This document shows positions 9,571 to 18,968 of a stretch of 29,099 bases of DNA, piece after piece. The stretch covers positions 1 to 29,099 of the IMG/VR virus record IMGVR_UViG_3300020044_002160; one strand, given 5' to 3'. This DNA comes from a virus. Taxonomy: Duplodnaviria; Caudoviricetes. Each line of letters starts with the position of its first letter. The stretch's first letter is position 1. The notes beneath the pieces were generated by a model. It was not told where the DNA came from. It did no database searches and worked only from the letters and a program-made list of their open reading frames with translations. The translations under genes and the position numbers were made by a program.

Positions 9571-10161
9571 CTAAACCTCTTCCAGCGTTACAGAAACATT
9601 CCAAAAGTCAAAGGTGGACCCACCACGCTGAACTATTGTATAAGAAAAATCAGCAATATACATTTCTATGGGATCAAGGTATTCTGTCAAATGATCATAT
9701 GGATTTGTTTGAAAATTACTTGGTTTATCATACGCAAGATATACCCAAAATGGTCCTGTGTGGTTATCATACCAGTCTAATAAGTCTGCACCACCTGCAC
9801 CACCATCAACAGTATGTTGGTCTAACGTTCCTGTCATTGTTGACTGTCCAGTAGTTGTATCAAATAAGGGATTGTCGCTAAATCTTCTTGAGGGTAGCAT
9901 ATTCCAGGAAACAGAAATCTTTTGTTTATCTGCTACGTGAAAAGAACGCATACGACCATTAATCATTCTTTGACGATTTTCAATACGTTCTGTGTTTAAA
10001 TCAATTTCTGAACGATTGTGGTCTGAAAGAATTAGAAATGTTGTTGCAACTGCAGTGTTTGCACCAACCTCATAGTCTGTGCCATCAACAATAGTATCGT
10101 TCTCTGCCCAGATCATTGCCTGTGGACGAATATACTTTTTTCTATTGTCTATGTATGTCAT
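9571..10161 (-). CDS. distal tail protein (Dit-like, 196 aa)
   Basis: Immediately downstream of the TMP (TAATG). RMINGRMRS..DKQKISVSW and WNVSVTLEEV are typical of distal/minor tail proteins. Confidence 0.7.
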   Translation of the reverse strand: MTYIDNRKKYIRPQAMIWAENDTIVDGTDYEVGANTAVATTFLILSDHNRSEIDLNTERIENRQRMINGRMRSFHVADKQKISVSWNMLPSRRFSDNPLFDTTTGQSTMTGTLDQHTVDGGAGGADLLDWYDNHTGPFWVYLAYDKPSNFQTNPYDHLTEYLDPIEMYIADFSYTIVQRGGSTFDFWNVSVTLEEV

Positions 10162-13100
10162 TAGTATCTATTACCCCTAAGTCTTGTTCCTTCTACCTGT
10201 TTAATTTTCTGCATTACAACTTGTGCAATATCGTCGGCATTTGAAGATGTAGCTGCATTAACAGTTACACTATAATTATACACTGCTGAAGGATCACCGT
10301 TTGACATTTTTGCAATTCCTCCAAGGCTGTACTTATTAGTTGTTGGTGTAACAAATCCACCCATACTAAATGCTTTGGCATTTATGTCAAAACTCTTTCC
10401 ATCTTTAGTAAGATGTGCAAGATTTACCATTCCACCATTGGCAAATCCTTGAGCATTAATTGCATTTAAAAATGGAATTCCAATTTTTTGTACAGACTTA
10501 GCATTGATAACATACTCACCATTTGATAGTCTAGCAGGAATTGAATCAGAGGTTCCTGTTCCTGGTCCAGTAATCATACCGCCACTAGCTCTGCCAAGAG
10601 TTCTATATTCACGTTTTGCAATTTTCATATTTAATTTGTCAATTTTTGCTTCTACGTCTTTTCTTGTTTTTCCTTTAAATGTAACAAGATCAAGAGCGTT
10701 TTGTCGTTGCTCTTCGAGAGCCTTCATCTGTTGTTCTTGTGCATAAGCTGCAGCGGTAGCACGTTGAGTTTGTACGGCTTTAGCTGCGGCGGCTACATCG
10801 CCTCTAGCAAGTGCATCTGCAAGGTCTAACTGATCCTTTTGTTGTTCTGCAATATTAGAATTAATTTCAGAAATTTCTTCAAGAGCTTTTTTACGTTCAT
10901 CATAAAGTTTATTTATTTTTTCTTCTTTAAGAGAAATAACTGCTAAGAGTGCATTCTGTTTAGCTAGTCTGGCTTGAAGTCTTGCCATTAGTGGATCTGT
11001 TGTAGAAGTAGCACTACCGCCACCGCCTCCAGGACCTGGAGTGGTTGGAGGAGTAATGCCACCACCTGGATTATTCATTCTATCTTGTTGAATCGCCCAT
11101 CTTCTTACTGCATTTGGATTTGGCAATAAGCCACCCTTAGTTAAAGCATCTGCTGTTGTGCTCAATCCTCCAGCCGAAGTTACAATGCCTTTTGCTCTTA
11201 AATATTCTTTTAAAATTCCAATATCTCCAATAGCAGATACTTTAATCAAAAGAGATGCAGTCATTTTCCTATTTTTAAGAACAGTTTTCCAATCATTGTA
11301 AATTTGTGTGCCAGCTTTTGTTCTTATGAAATTAAGAGAAACTTCTTTCTTATCTCCAATTTCTTTTACCAAAGAACCAAGCTCTTTTAATTTAGCTTCA
11401 TCTATACCATTAATATTTACTCCAACTGAAGCAACACCCTGTACACCTAAACTAACAAGTTTTGCAGTTTCTGGATCCATTGTCGAATAGGCATTGATTA
11501 GTAAATCAATTGTTTGTGGTGTTGCACTAGCATATTGAGCATAAGATATTAAGTCTAGTGTGTCTGCTTCACCGTGCTTAGTAATTGCAAGATCATATGC
11601 AGCACCAAAAGTTTTATTTTCTTTACCATACTGCAATAAAGTTTCTATAGATTGTGAACTTAATGTTCCAGACTGTAACTGTGTTTGAAGTCTTAATTTA
11701 AAATCTTTATCTTCAGATCCAAGCTGATTAATGTTTTCTGCAGTTTTATAAGCATCGCTTTCTACACCAAAAGTTTCTTTAATACTAGTTAAGAAATTTG
11801 CACTAAATTCTGTATCAGTAATTATATCTTTTTGTTTTTTAACTTCTGCATAAATATCAGTAGCCAGTTGCTTTTGAATTTTTAATGCACTAGCTCTTTG
11901 ATCTTCAAGTTTATTTATTTGATCTTGAGTTTTTGCTTCTTTAACTTTTGCATCATATACTGCATTAATACTATCAATTCCACCTACTGCTTGACTATAT
12001 GCATTAACGCTCTTTGTAGATAATTGTCTTGCTCCATTTGGATCAAGTAATGTCGGTGCAGCGTCATATGATAAAACGCCAGAAGATGATGTTGTTGCCA
12101 TAGAAGTAGAATTTTTTGTTTGTCCTCTAATACTATTTAGTGTTGCCTGAGATACTGCGTTAGCAGTTTGTGTTAAATCTCTTGTATATGATTGAAATTG
12201 TGAACCAGCAGAACCACTAATTCCAAAATTACCAGTTGCTGCACCAAGGGCAGCAATAATTGCATTTCCCTGTTCTTTACTAATTACTTGTTGTGCTACA
12301 GCAGTTGCTAAATTACTAGCAACATTTTGACCAATTTCTGAAGTTGATACTCCTGCAGCTTGTTGTGCTTTAACACCAGCAAGAAGTTTTTTGCCAGACT
12401 CCATTTCAGTAATATATTGTTGTCCAGCAGTCATTTGTTCTTCTGTTACTTTTGTTAGTCTTGCATCTTGTTCAGATTTTCTTGCTTGTGTAACGCTTAC
12501 TGTTCCAAAATCTTCAGACATTTGTTCAAGTGCAGCTTGACTCATTGTAGACGCATTAGCTAATTCAATAGCTTTTTTACGTTGTTCTTCTTGTGCTTCT
12601 ATTAGTTTGTAAACTCCAAATCCTAATAGTGCTACCGCCGCAATTACACCAGCAACTTGTGGGGGAAACATCATAAATAGTGGACCAAGCATTGACATTC
12701 CCATACCAATTTCTTGCATACCAGGAATCATACTTACTGCTCCACCAGCTAATGAAACACCCATACCAATTCCCATACCGCCCATACTCTTAACACCACT
12801 AGCAATACGTGAGCCAATGCTTGGTTTCTTTGGTGCTGGTGCTAAAGCTGCTTTATTAGCAGCATAACGTTCACGAGCTCTAGCATTTGTTGCATCACGT
12901 TTTGCTTGTGACTCTGCGGCAGCCCTAGCCGCTGCTTCTTTTTTAGCTGCTATGGTAGCTTTTCGTTTTTCTGCAGGAGTTAAAGTTTGAGTATTTTTAG
13001 ACTTTACACCAGTCTCAGCTTCTACCTTTTTTCTTAAGTTTTCAATTTTACTTGTTCTAGTTTTTGCTGCTTTTTCATCTAATGATGGGTCATATTTTCT

Positions 13101-15830
13101 TTGACCTAAAGTTTCATAATAGTTTCCACGAAGTCTAGTATTTAAAACTCCCGATACTGCTGCAGTTCTATATTTTGAGCTTGATGTGTCCGATTTAGCT
13201 ATTGCAGAAAGAACTTTTGCTGCAGACCTTGTTGTTGGATGTTCACCTTTTGCAATTTTAACAGCTTCCGCTTTAACTTCTTTTACTGTCATTCCTAACT
13301 CTTTTGCAACTTTATCTACATTGTCTAAAAAGCCTGTCATAATTTTTGGACTTGATTGTACAGTTTGTAAATAATTATTTACTGCACCAAGATCTGGCAT
13401 AATATTTGCGGCTCTCCAGTTTTTAATATTTCCAGTTTGTCCATTAAAGTTAACGGCTTCGGTATCTGGTTTTATGTGAGATGCATTTTTTAACCTTAAG
13501 CTTTGCATTTGTTTTTCTGTAACATTTGGATCTGCTGCTCTTGCAGCTTTATCCATAGCCTTAAGTTCTGCATCTAAAGTATCCCAAACCATTTTTCTAG
13601 TTTGTGCGGCAACTAATGGTGGAGCTTTTTGTAAACCTTGATTACGAATTTGATCTGAAAGTCCAACTTTTCCAGTACCCCTAGCATATCCAGGAATGCT
13701 ATTGCTAATCATTCCATTAATCAAACCGCCGTACTTCTTAGCCATATCAGCAGGAATGACTGCTTCTCCTGGTGAAAGCATTGCTGGTACTACATCCCCT
13801 GCCCCCTTGGGACCAGGTACTGACACCACACCAGAGGCATACTTCTTCCCTCTTGGCATTGCTGCTCCACCTCTACCAATTGGTAGACCTGCTGCACGTG
13901 CGGTAGTCTCATATGCTCGTGTGAGGTTTGCTAAAGCACCTGCTTCAACGTTGTATGTTTGAATAAGTCTTGAGTGTGTTTGGTTTAGACCAGCAGCTGC
14001 TGCTTCTGCAACAAGTTGTGCCTGTGTCATATATTCTGTTTGAGTTGCAACATTTTTGCTACCGCTTGCTGCACCGCTGAATGTACTTCTAAGGAACTGT
14101 ACTACTGAAATAATGTTGGCAACAGCATTGGCAAACAAACCAATAGTCATCAGGAGTACTGGTCCAACTACACCAACACCTGCAACAATTGTTGTAATAA
14201 ATCCCTTAACTCCATCATCAAGACCATTAAACTTTTCAAGCATCTTTGTACCGAATTCAATAATGGGAGTTACCAGTTTAAGAAACTGCTCTCCAACTGG
14301 AGCAAGTGCGGTTTGGAAGTCGGTAATTGCTTTTTCAAATTTATACGTTGTTGATTCTGAAACTTTTGAAAGTTCTCGTTGTGATAAGATAGCTAGTTCT
14401 TGACTAGAAGAATTAGCAAGTTTAAGAACTTGGCTTGCCTGGCTACCTTCTTTAATTACGTTCTGGAATAATGTTGAAATACGTGAGAACTGGAATTTAC
14501 CAAACATTTGCTCAATTGCTTTTGCTCTTGATAATGGATCAAGGTCATCTAGTGCTGTTGCAAACTCTGTAATGAGTCCTTTAACATCTCCCTTATTAGA
14601 ATTAACAATGTTGGTTACATTAATACCATACCCTGCAAGCATATCTGATGCTGCTTTAGTTGGATTAATAAGTGCAGCAATACCAGACTTGAGTGCGTTA
14701 GCACCTTCAGAAGCGTTAATACCACCTTCACGCATAGCTGTAAGAAGGAATGACAAGTCTTCTACGTTACCGCCAAGTTGTTTAACAACAGGACCAGCTT
14801 TTGGAATAGCAATAGTAAGGTCTTCAATAGATGTTACCGTTTGGTTTTCAACTGCGTTAAGGAAGTCAATCTTTCCAGCAAGTTCATCAGCAGCAAGACC
14901 AAATGCATTGGTAAGTGAAATAGTAGTGTCAAGAGCTTGCTGTTGATCTACCTGACCAAGAACAGCCAGTCTAGAAGTTTCTCTAATTTGTGCTGTAAGG
15001 TCTGCACCAGTTTTACCCATAGCAGCAGCCTTAGCTGCAAGACTCATAGTATCTTTTACAGCAATACCATATTGAGTAAATTCATTGGCAAGAGCTTTAA
15101 CAGATTCTGCCATATCATCTGTTTGTTTTTTAGTTGTGCTAAAGTCTCCGTAAACACGCTTGAATGCAATTACTTGTTTTTCCATTTCCATAAATGCTTT
15201 GGAAGCGGTAGAAGCAAAAATTGTAAGCGGAATTGTAAAACCAACCATAAGCTGACGACCAGCCCACTGTGTATTCTTACCCCAGTTTAGAAGATTGGTT
15301 GCACCTTGATTAACAAGTTTATTAAAAATCTGTGCTTTTTGTGCAGCAATTTGTGTCCTTGTAGAAAGATCATTCATATCAAGAGTAAGTGGTCTTACCT
15401 TAATTGCTGACAAAGCACCGTTGGCATCTCTACCTAAACCGATGAACTGTGTTTGTAGTGTACGTACTCTAGACTCTGCTACCTTTTGAATTGTATTAAA
15501 CTCGTTAGCAAATCCTTTACCAAATGTTTTAGTAGAAGCCATTGCATAACGAAAATGTTGCCCCATCGACAACTTATTACTTTCAAGTGCTGTTGTAAAA
15601 GCTTCAGTTGATGAGGCAACCTTTGTCATACTGGCAGAGAACTGACCAGTCTTATTAATGCTGTTAATTAAGTTTTGTTGAAGAAGTGCTGCTTCACGGT
15701 TGGCGGATGCTCCACCCTTAGCCATACTGGTGTGGAATTGAGAGATTTGACCCTGTAATCTCTTCAAGGATGCAATAGCAGCAGAAGTATCAATGTTTAC
15801 ATTAATATTTCCTTGAACTTCATCAACCAT
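10161..15830 (-). CDS. tape measure protein (1889 aa)
   Basis: Longest ORF, Ala-rich and helical, follows the tail chaperones. TP901-type core (MREGGINASEGANALKS..AIEQMFGK), two hydrophobic segments, and C-terminal GPGTGTSDSIPARLSNGEYVI motif. Confidence 0.95.
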   Translation of the reverse strand: MVDEVQGNINVNIDTSAAIASLKRLQGQISQFHTSMAKGGASANREAALLQQNLINSINKTGQFSASMTKVASSTEAFTTALESNKLSMGQHFRYAMASTKTFGKGFANEFNTIQKVAESRVRTLQTQFIGLGRDANGALSAIKVRPLTLDMNDLSTRTQIAAQKAQIFNKLVNQGATNLLNWGKNTQWAGRQLMVGFTIPLTIFASTASKAFMEMEKQVIAFKRVYGDFSTTKKQTDDMAESVKALANEFTQYGIAVKDTMSLAAKAAAMGKTGADLTAQIRETSRLAVLGQVDQQQALDTTISLTNAFGLAADELAGKIDFLNAVENQTVTSIEDLTIAIPKAGPVVKQLGGNVEDLSFLLTAMREGGINASEGANALKSGIAALINPTKAASDMLAGYGINVTNIVNSNKGDVKGLITEFATALDDLDPLSRAKAIEQMFGKFQFSRISTLFQNVIKEGSQASQVLKLANSSSQELAILSQRELSKVSESTTYKFEKAITDFQTALAPVGEQFLKLVTPIIEFGTKMLEKFNGLDDGVKGFITTIVAGVGVVGPVLLMTIGLFANAVANIISVVQFLRSTFSGAASGSKNVATQTEYMTQAQLVAEAAAAGLNQTHSRLIQTYNVEAGALANLTRAYETTARAAGLPIGRGGAAMPRGKKYASGVVSVPGPKGAGDVVPAMLSPGEAVIPADMAKKYGGLINGMISNSIPGYARGTGKVGLSDQIRNQGLQKAPPLVAAQTRKMVWDTLDAELKAMDKAARAADPNVTEKQMQSLRLKNASHIKPDTEAVNFNGQTGNIKNWRAANIMPDLGAVNNYLQTVQSSPKIMTGFLDNVDKVAKELGMTVKEVKAEAVKIAKGEHPTTRSAAKVLSAIAKSDTSSSKYRTAAVSGVLNTRLRGNYYETLGQRKYDPSLDEKAAKTRTSKIENLRKKVEAETGVKSKNTQTLTPAEKRKATIAAKKEAAARAAAESQAKRDATNARARERYAANKAALAPAPKKPSIGSRIASGVKSMGGMGIGMGVSLAGGAVSMIPGMQEIGMGMSMLGPLFMMFPPQVAGVIAAVALLGFGVYKLIEAQEEQRKKAIELANASTMSQAALEQMSEDFGTVSVTQARKSEQDARLTKVTEEQMTAGQQYITEMESGKKLLAGVKAQQAAGVSTSEIGQNVASNLATAVAQQVISKEQGNAIIAALGAATGNFGISGSAGSQFQSYTRDLTQTANAVSQATLNSIRGQTKNSTSMATTSSSGVLSYDAAPTLLDPNGARQLSTKSVNAYSQAVGGIDSINAVYDAKVKEAKTQDQINKLEDQRASALKIQKQLATDIYAEVKKQKDIITDTEFSANFLTSIKETFGVESDAYKTAENINQLGSEDKDFKLRLQTQLQSGTLSSQSIETLLQYGKENKTFGAAYDLAITKHGEADTLDLISYAQYASATPQTIDLLINAYSTMDPETAKLVSLGVQGVASVGVNINGIDEAKLKELGSLVKEIGDKKEVSLNFIRTKAGTQIYNDWKTVLKNRKMTASLLIKVSAIGDIGILKEYLRAKGIVTSAGGLSTTADALTKGGLLPNPNAVRRWAIQQDRMNNPGGGITPPTTPGPGGGGGSATSTTDPLMARLQARLAKQNALLAVISLKEEKINKLYDERKKALEEISEINSNIAEQQKDQLDLADALARGDVAAAAKAVQTQRATAAAYAQEQQMKALEEQRQNALDLVTFKGKTRKDVEAKIDKLNMKIAKREYRTLGRASGGMITGPGTGTSDSIPARLSNGEYVINAKSVQKIGIPFLNAINAQGFANGGMVNLAHLTKDGKSFDINAKAFSMGGFVTPTTNKYSLGGIAKMSNGDPSAVYNYSVTVNAATSSNADDIAQVVMQKIKQVEGTRLRGNRY

Positions 15831-15854
15831 TCATTTGCACCCCTATTTTAGAAT

Positions 15855-16172
15855 TTAAACCATTAGACCAGCTACACCATCAGAAAGGTTAATTCCAGAT
15901 GCTGCTTCAACAATCTTGTATACTGTTGGAAGATCAATGTTGTCTTCTAGTACTTTTAGATCTGCTGACAATTCAGGCTTGTACTGCTTCATTGCAATCT
16001 GAACACATTCCATAAGGATGTTCATAGACTTATCGTTGTCTTCTGCTACTGCAGAAATACCCTCAAACTTTTTCATAAACTCACGAAGAAGTGAAATTTT
16101 CAAGGGTCGTATGGAGATTACCGTACCATCAATTAGGACGATATCTTGTGCTTCATTTACTGTTACTGCCAT
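15855..16172 (-). CDS. tail assembly chaperone, short (G-like) form (105 aa)
   Basis: Between major tail and TMP, AGGAGG SD. Paralogous to the N-terminal part of 16213..16902. Confidence 0.75.
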   Translation of the reverse strand: MAVTVNEAQDIVLIDGTVISIRPLKISLLREFMKKFEGISAVAEDNDKSMNILMECVQIAMKQYKPELSADLKVLEDNIDLPTVYKIVEAASGINLSDGVAGLMV

Positions 16173-16199
16173 TGTGTTCCTCCTGTTTGAACTTAATTA

Positions 16200-16208
16200 A
16201 TTATATCA
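16200..16208 (-). promoter_or_regulatory. extended -10 promoter for the short chaperone and TMP
   Basis: TGA-TATAAT in the 40-nt gap, upstream of the AGGAGG SD. Confidence 0.6.
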
Positions 16209-16212
16209 TACG

Positions 16213-16902
16213 CTAGTCCCAGGATTCATAAGTAAGTCCATTACCTATTCCAAACCCTGCTCTTGCTGCATTTACACCTTGCAAAGAAACTATATCGTTT
16301 GGATCTGTGGTGTTTCCACCACTAAAAACTCTTGCTTTCATTGCTTCCCAAGGATCTATTTCATCTTCTTTACCAGTTTGTTTATCTAGATCTACCCCCT
16401 GCATAGCAGCAAGAAACTTTTTTTCACTATAGTCAATGTCTCTTTTTGTATTAAGTATTTCTGTTAATTCTGGTAATGATAAACAAGATTCAAGTTCTTC
16501 ATAATCTTTCCAGATACCAAGAAGAAACACTTCAGATTCAAGGGCTACTAGGTCAAAGGTTTCCCAGGATGCTCCACTTTCTACTGCCTGTTCTTTTACT
16601 GGCTCTTCTGAAGAGTCTTTAATTTTGATACCGCCAGCAATATCTAAAATTGTATAAATGCTTTGAAGGTCAAAATTATCCTCAACGTCTTCTATTGTCC
16701 TTATTTGTGGATAGTATTGCTTCATTGCAACTCTTGCACATTCGACTAATGCTATAATTGCATCTTCATCATTATTAGCAGACTTTATATTTTCAAATGC
16801 TTCCATAAATTCCCTAAGATATTTAATCTTAAGTGGTGTTAAATAAAGTTCTGTTTCATCTATTAAATGTACATATGCTGTTTCATATATTTTAGTTGCC
16901 AT
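16213..16902 (-). CDS. tail assembly chaperone, long (GT-like) form (229 aa)
   Basis: Directly after the major tail gene. First ~96 aa are paralogous to the 105-aa chaperone, followed in frame by an additional helical domain. Confidence 0.75.
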   Translation of the reverse strand: MATKIYETAYVHLIDETELYLTPLKIKYLREFMEAFENIKSANNDEDAIIALVECARVAMKQYYPQIRTIEDVEDNFDLQSIYTILDIAGGIKIKDSSEEPVKEQAVESGASWETFDLVALESEVFLLGIWKDYEELESCLSLPELTEILNTKRDIDYSEKKFLAAMQGVDLDKQTGKEDEIDPWEAMKARVFSGGNTTDPNDIVSLQGVNAARAGFGIGNGLTYESWD

Positions 16903-16908
16903 TATTCT

Positions 16909-16914
16909 ATTGTA
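16909..16914 (-). promoter_or_regulatory. -10 element, probable leaderless promoter
   Basis: CTG-TACAAT-AGAATA-ATG(16902). No SD. Lies just downstream of a terminator. Confidence 0.55.
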
Positions 16915-16918
16915 CAGT

Positions 16919-16953
16919 AAAACAAAACTGCCCAGACCGAAGCCTGAGCAGTT
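16919..16953 (-). terminator. intrinsic terminator after major tail gene
   Basis: AACTGCTCAGGC-TTCG-GTCTGGGCAGTT stem with a C(UUCG)G loop, followed by TTGTTTT. Confidence 0.85.
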
Positions 16954-16968
16954 CTGATTATTTAATTA

Positions 16969-17649
16969 TTAAGACCAAGCTTGGTTAGCTAGTGTGCGGT
17001 CAATAATCTTTCCATATGATGCTAGATCATTAGGAAGGAGACGGAATGAAACTTCAAACATTGTTGCTTCATCACGCTTTGCCATTACCGATACGTTCTC
17101 AATTGAGAGAGCACGGTATGCAACATAGATACGCTCCTTGGAACTACCAGCTGCACAATCACCTGTACCTGGACCAACTGCAACAAGACCACGTTCAACA
17201 GGACATTCTCCAATGTCACCTGCTGACATATTCATTGCAAAGTCACCAACAAAGTTAGTGTCCCAGTTCTGATTCCAAGCATCTCCTGCTGTGCTTTCAA
17301 GTTGGTCAACGTCAGTTGACTTTCCTGCGAGTGAGAAGAGAAGGTTCTCAAGTGTTGCTTCTGCGAATGCTGTGTTTAGATTAACTTGCATACCCTGCTT
17401 ATAAAGCTTGGCTACGTCAAGTACCTGGTCAACACGAACTTCACCGAAATCGGGCTGGAACATAAGTTCAAGACCGTTGCTGGTATATCCGACGTTTCTG
17501 TAGTCTGTGTCACTTGTAAGTGACTCTTTGTAAGAAACGTTGGCTGTAGGATTAGGAAGATCTGCATCGCCAAGCTCGCCACCCTCATATGTAAAGAGAG
17601 CTGCTGCACCGACGATAATCTTTTTGCTATCACCACGTGTATATGCCAT
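16969..17649 (-). CDS. major tail (tube) protein (226 aa)
   Basis: IIVGAAALF..VGYTSNGLEL..FAEATLENL..FEVSFRLLP pattern of actinophage-type tail tube proteins. GAGGTG SD and followed by a terminator. Confidence 0.85.
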   Translation of the reverse strand: MAYTRGDSKKIIVGAAALFTYEGGELGDADLPNPTANVSYKESLTSDTDYRNVGYTSNGLELMFQPDFGEVRVDQVLDVAKLYKQGMQVNLNTAFAEATLENLLFSLAGKSTDVDQLESTAGDAWNQNWDTNFVGDFAMNMSAGDIGECPVERGLVAVGPGTGDCAAGSSKERIYVAYRALSIENVSVMAKRDEATMFEVSFRLLPNDLASYGKIIDRTLANQAWS

Positions 17650-17715
17650 ATTTTTTCACCTCTTTCATTTATTTAATTAGGTGGGGTGTTTCCTCTTTAT
17701 AAGTATAAGTAGTGT

Positions 17716-18288
17716 TTATGACTTATGCCAGTCATAGTCAATAATTATTTTATTCCCTGCGTATGTACGAGCAGTTCCAAAGTCAATGATGTCTCTAGTT
17801 TCTTGCAATTGATAAATTTTTATATTGTGAAAGTATGGAAGAAGAAAGTCTTTTCCCTCAAAAGTAACTTTGTTATATTCTACTCCATCAACTACAACTG
17901 TTCCGCTTACCTTTGTTTTAATCCAGTCATTAAGATCTTGTGCAGACTCATCTCCACCATCCAATAGATCCTGAATTTTCTGTGTCATTTCAATTAGATT
18001 AACTACTGCTACTTCTGTTAATGCATAGAAATAGTATAGAAGTTGTTCACATTTAATGTGTGGGAATGGTGTGCGACGCATCTTAAACATTCTGTCAAAT
18101 ACCGCCGCTTGTCCCTCGAAACTAAATCTTGAAAGATCTCCGCCTATAAGAACATCTAATGTAAAGTCATTAGCAATGCTAAAGTCATTGGGGTATGTGG
18201 GAAACATTGGCACAGCCCCAAACCCATTTACTGCAAGTTTTTCTTGCAAATATTTGTTAATAAAAATTGGTGGATAATAAATAGCCAT
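17716..18288 (-). CDS. putative tail terminator / tail completion protein (190 aa)
   Basis: Immediately upstream of the major tail gene, GGAGG SD, TAATG coupling. Confidence 0.6.
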   Translation of the reverse strand: MAIYYPPIFINKYLQEKLAVNGFGAVPMFPTYPNDFSIANDFTLDVLIGGDLSRFSFEGQAAVFDRMFKMRRTPFPHIKCEQLLYYFYALTEVAVVNLIEMTQKIQDLLDGGDESAQDLNDWIKTKVSGTVVVDGVEYNKVTFEGKDFLLPYFHNIKIYQLQETRDIIDFGTARTYAGNKIIIDYDWHKS

Positions 18289-18968
18289 TAGTCAATCATT
18301 CCTCCTGCTCGTGAAATCCAGTTATAGCCTGTAGAGATTCCAACCATCTTACCACCGACAGAACCTGCTCTGAGGTTTCTTGAATAGTCTGTAGGATTTT
18401 TTAAAAAGTTAGCAATGTTCCCAGAAGAAAGAATAGCTTGTGAAGCAAACCCATCAAAGAATGAGGAGAATGCTTTTTGGAATCCTCCTTCGGCTGCTGC
18501 TCCACCAGGATCTTGAACGGAAACTTCTTTAGATGTAAAAATTGTTTCTCCGTTTTGATCAAATGCCAAAACACTTGAAGTTTTTGGTTTTATAACAACT
18601 GGAATTCCTCTTTCCATTATTGTAGCTTTATCATAGAATGGTTCTTTTGAACCATCCTTGATTGATTGTGATGTTAATAAGTTTGCAAAAATTTTAACTT
18701 TATTTTTTGATACCAATTTATTAAGCTCAAATAGTCTTGCTGAACTATTTCCAGAATTGTTCCATTCATAAACGTGTGCCAAAGATGCTGGGTCTACCCT
18801 AGCACTGGCATCAAGGTATTCTTCTAGAATAGATATTGCTTCGTCTGCAAGAGAAGTTAACAATCTTGGCTTGCCTTTTTGAACACCTTCGGTAAATCCA
18901 ATAGAATAGTTAACAATGTTGTTCATCATTTTTGTAAACATTGAACTTTGAAATGTTACAGCTATCAT
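18288..18968 (-). CDS. putative neck / tail completion protein (226 aa)
   Basis: Position in the head-tail block, ATGA overlap. ATIMERG..IKPK..VLAF..FTSKEVSVQDPGG resembles HK97-gp10-like neck proteins. Confidence 0.6.
   Translation of the reverse strand: MIAVTFQSSMFTKMMNNIVNYSIGFTEGVQKGKPRLLTSLADEAISILEEYLDASARVDPASLAHVYEWNNSGNSSARLFELNKLVSKNKVKIFANLLTSQSIKDGSKEPFYDKATIMERGIPVVIKPKTSSVLAFDQNGETIFTSKEVSVQDPGGAAAEGGFQKAFSSFFDGFASQAILSSGNIANFLKNPTDYSRNLRAGSVGGKMVGISTGYNWISRAGGMID

Noticed and set aside
16417-16423. In-phase A_AAA_AAG slippery heptamer in the long chaperone gene
   Set aside because: It lies inside the second domain rather than at the G/T boundary, and the -1 frame stops after about 11 codons. 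Lys-Lys codons in AT-rich DNA give this heptamer by chance.
17650-17700. CACCT in the major tail gene leader, complementary to its AGGTG SD (possible translational switch)
   Set aside because: Only 5 bp closing a 17-nt loop, too weak to support without conservation data.
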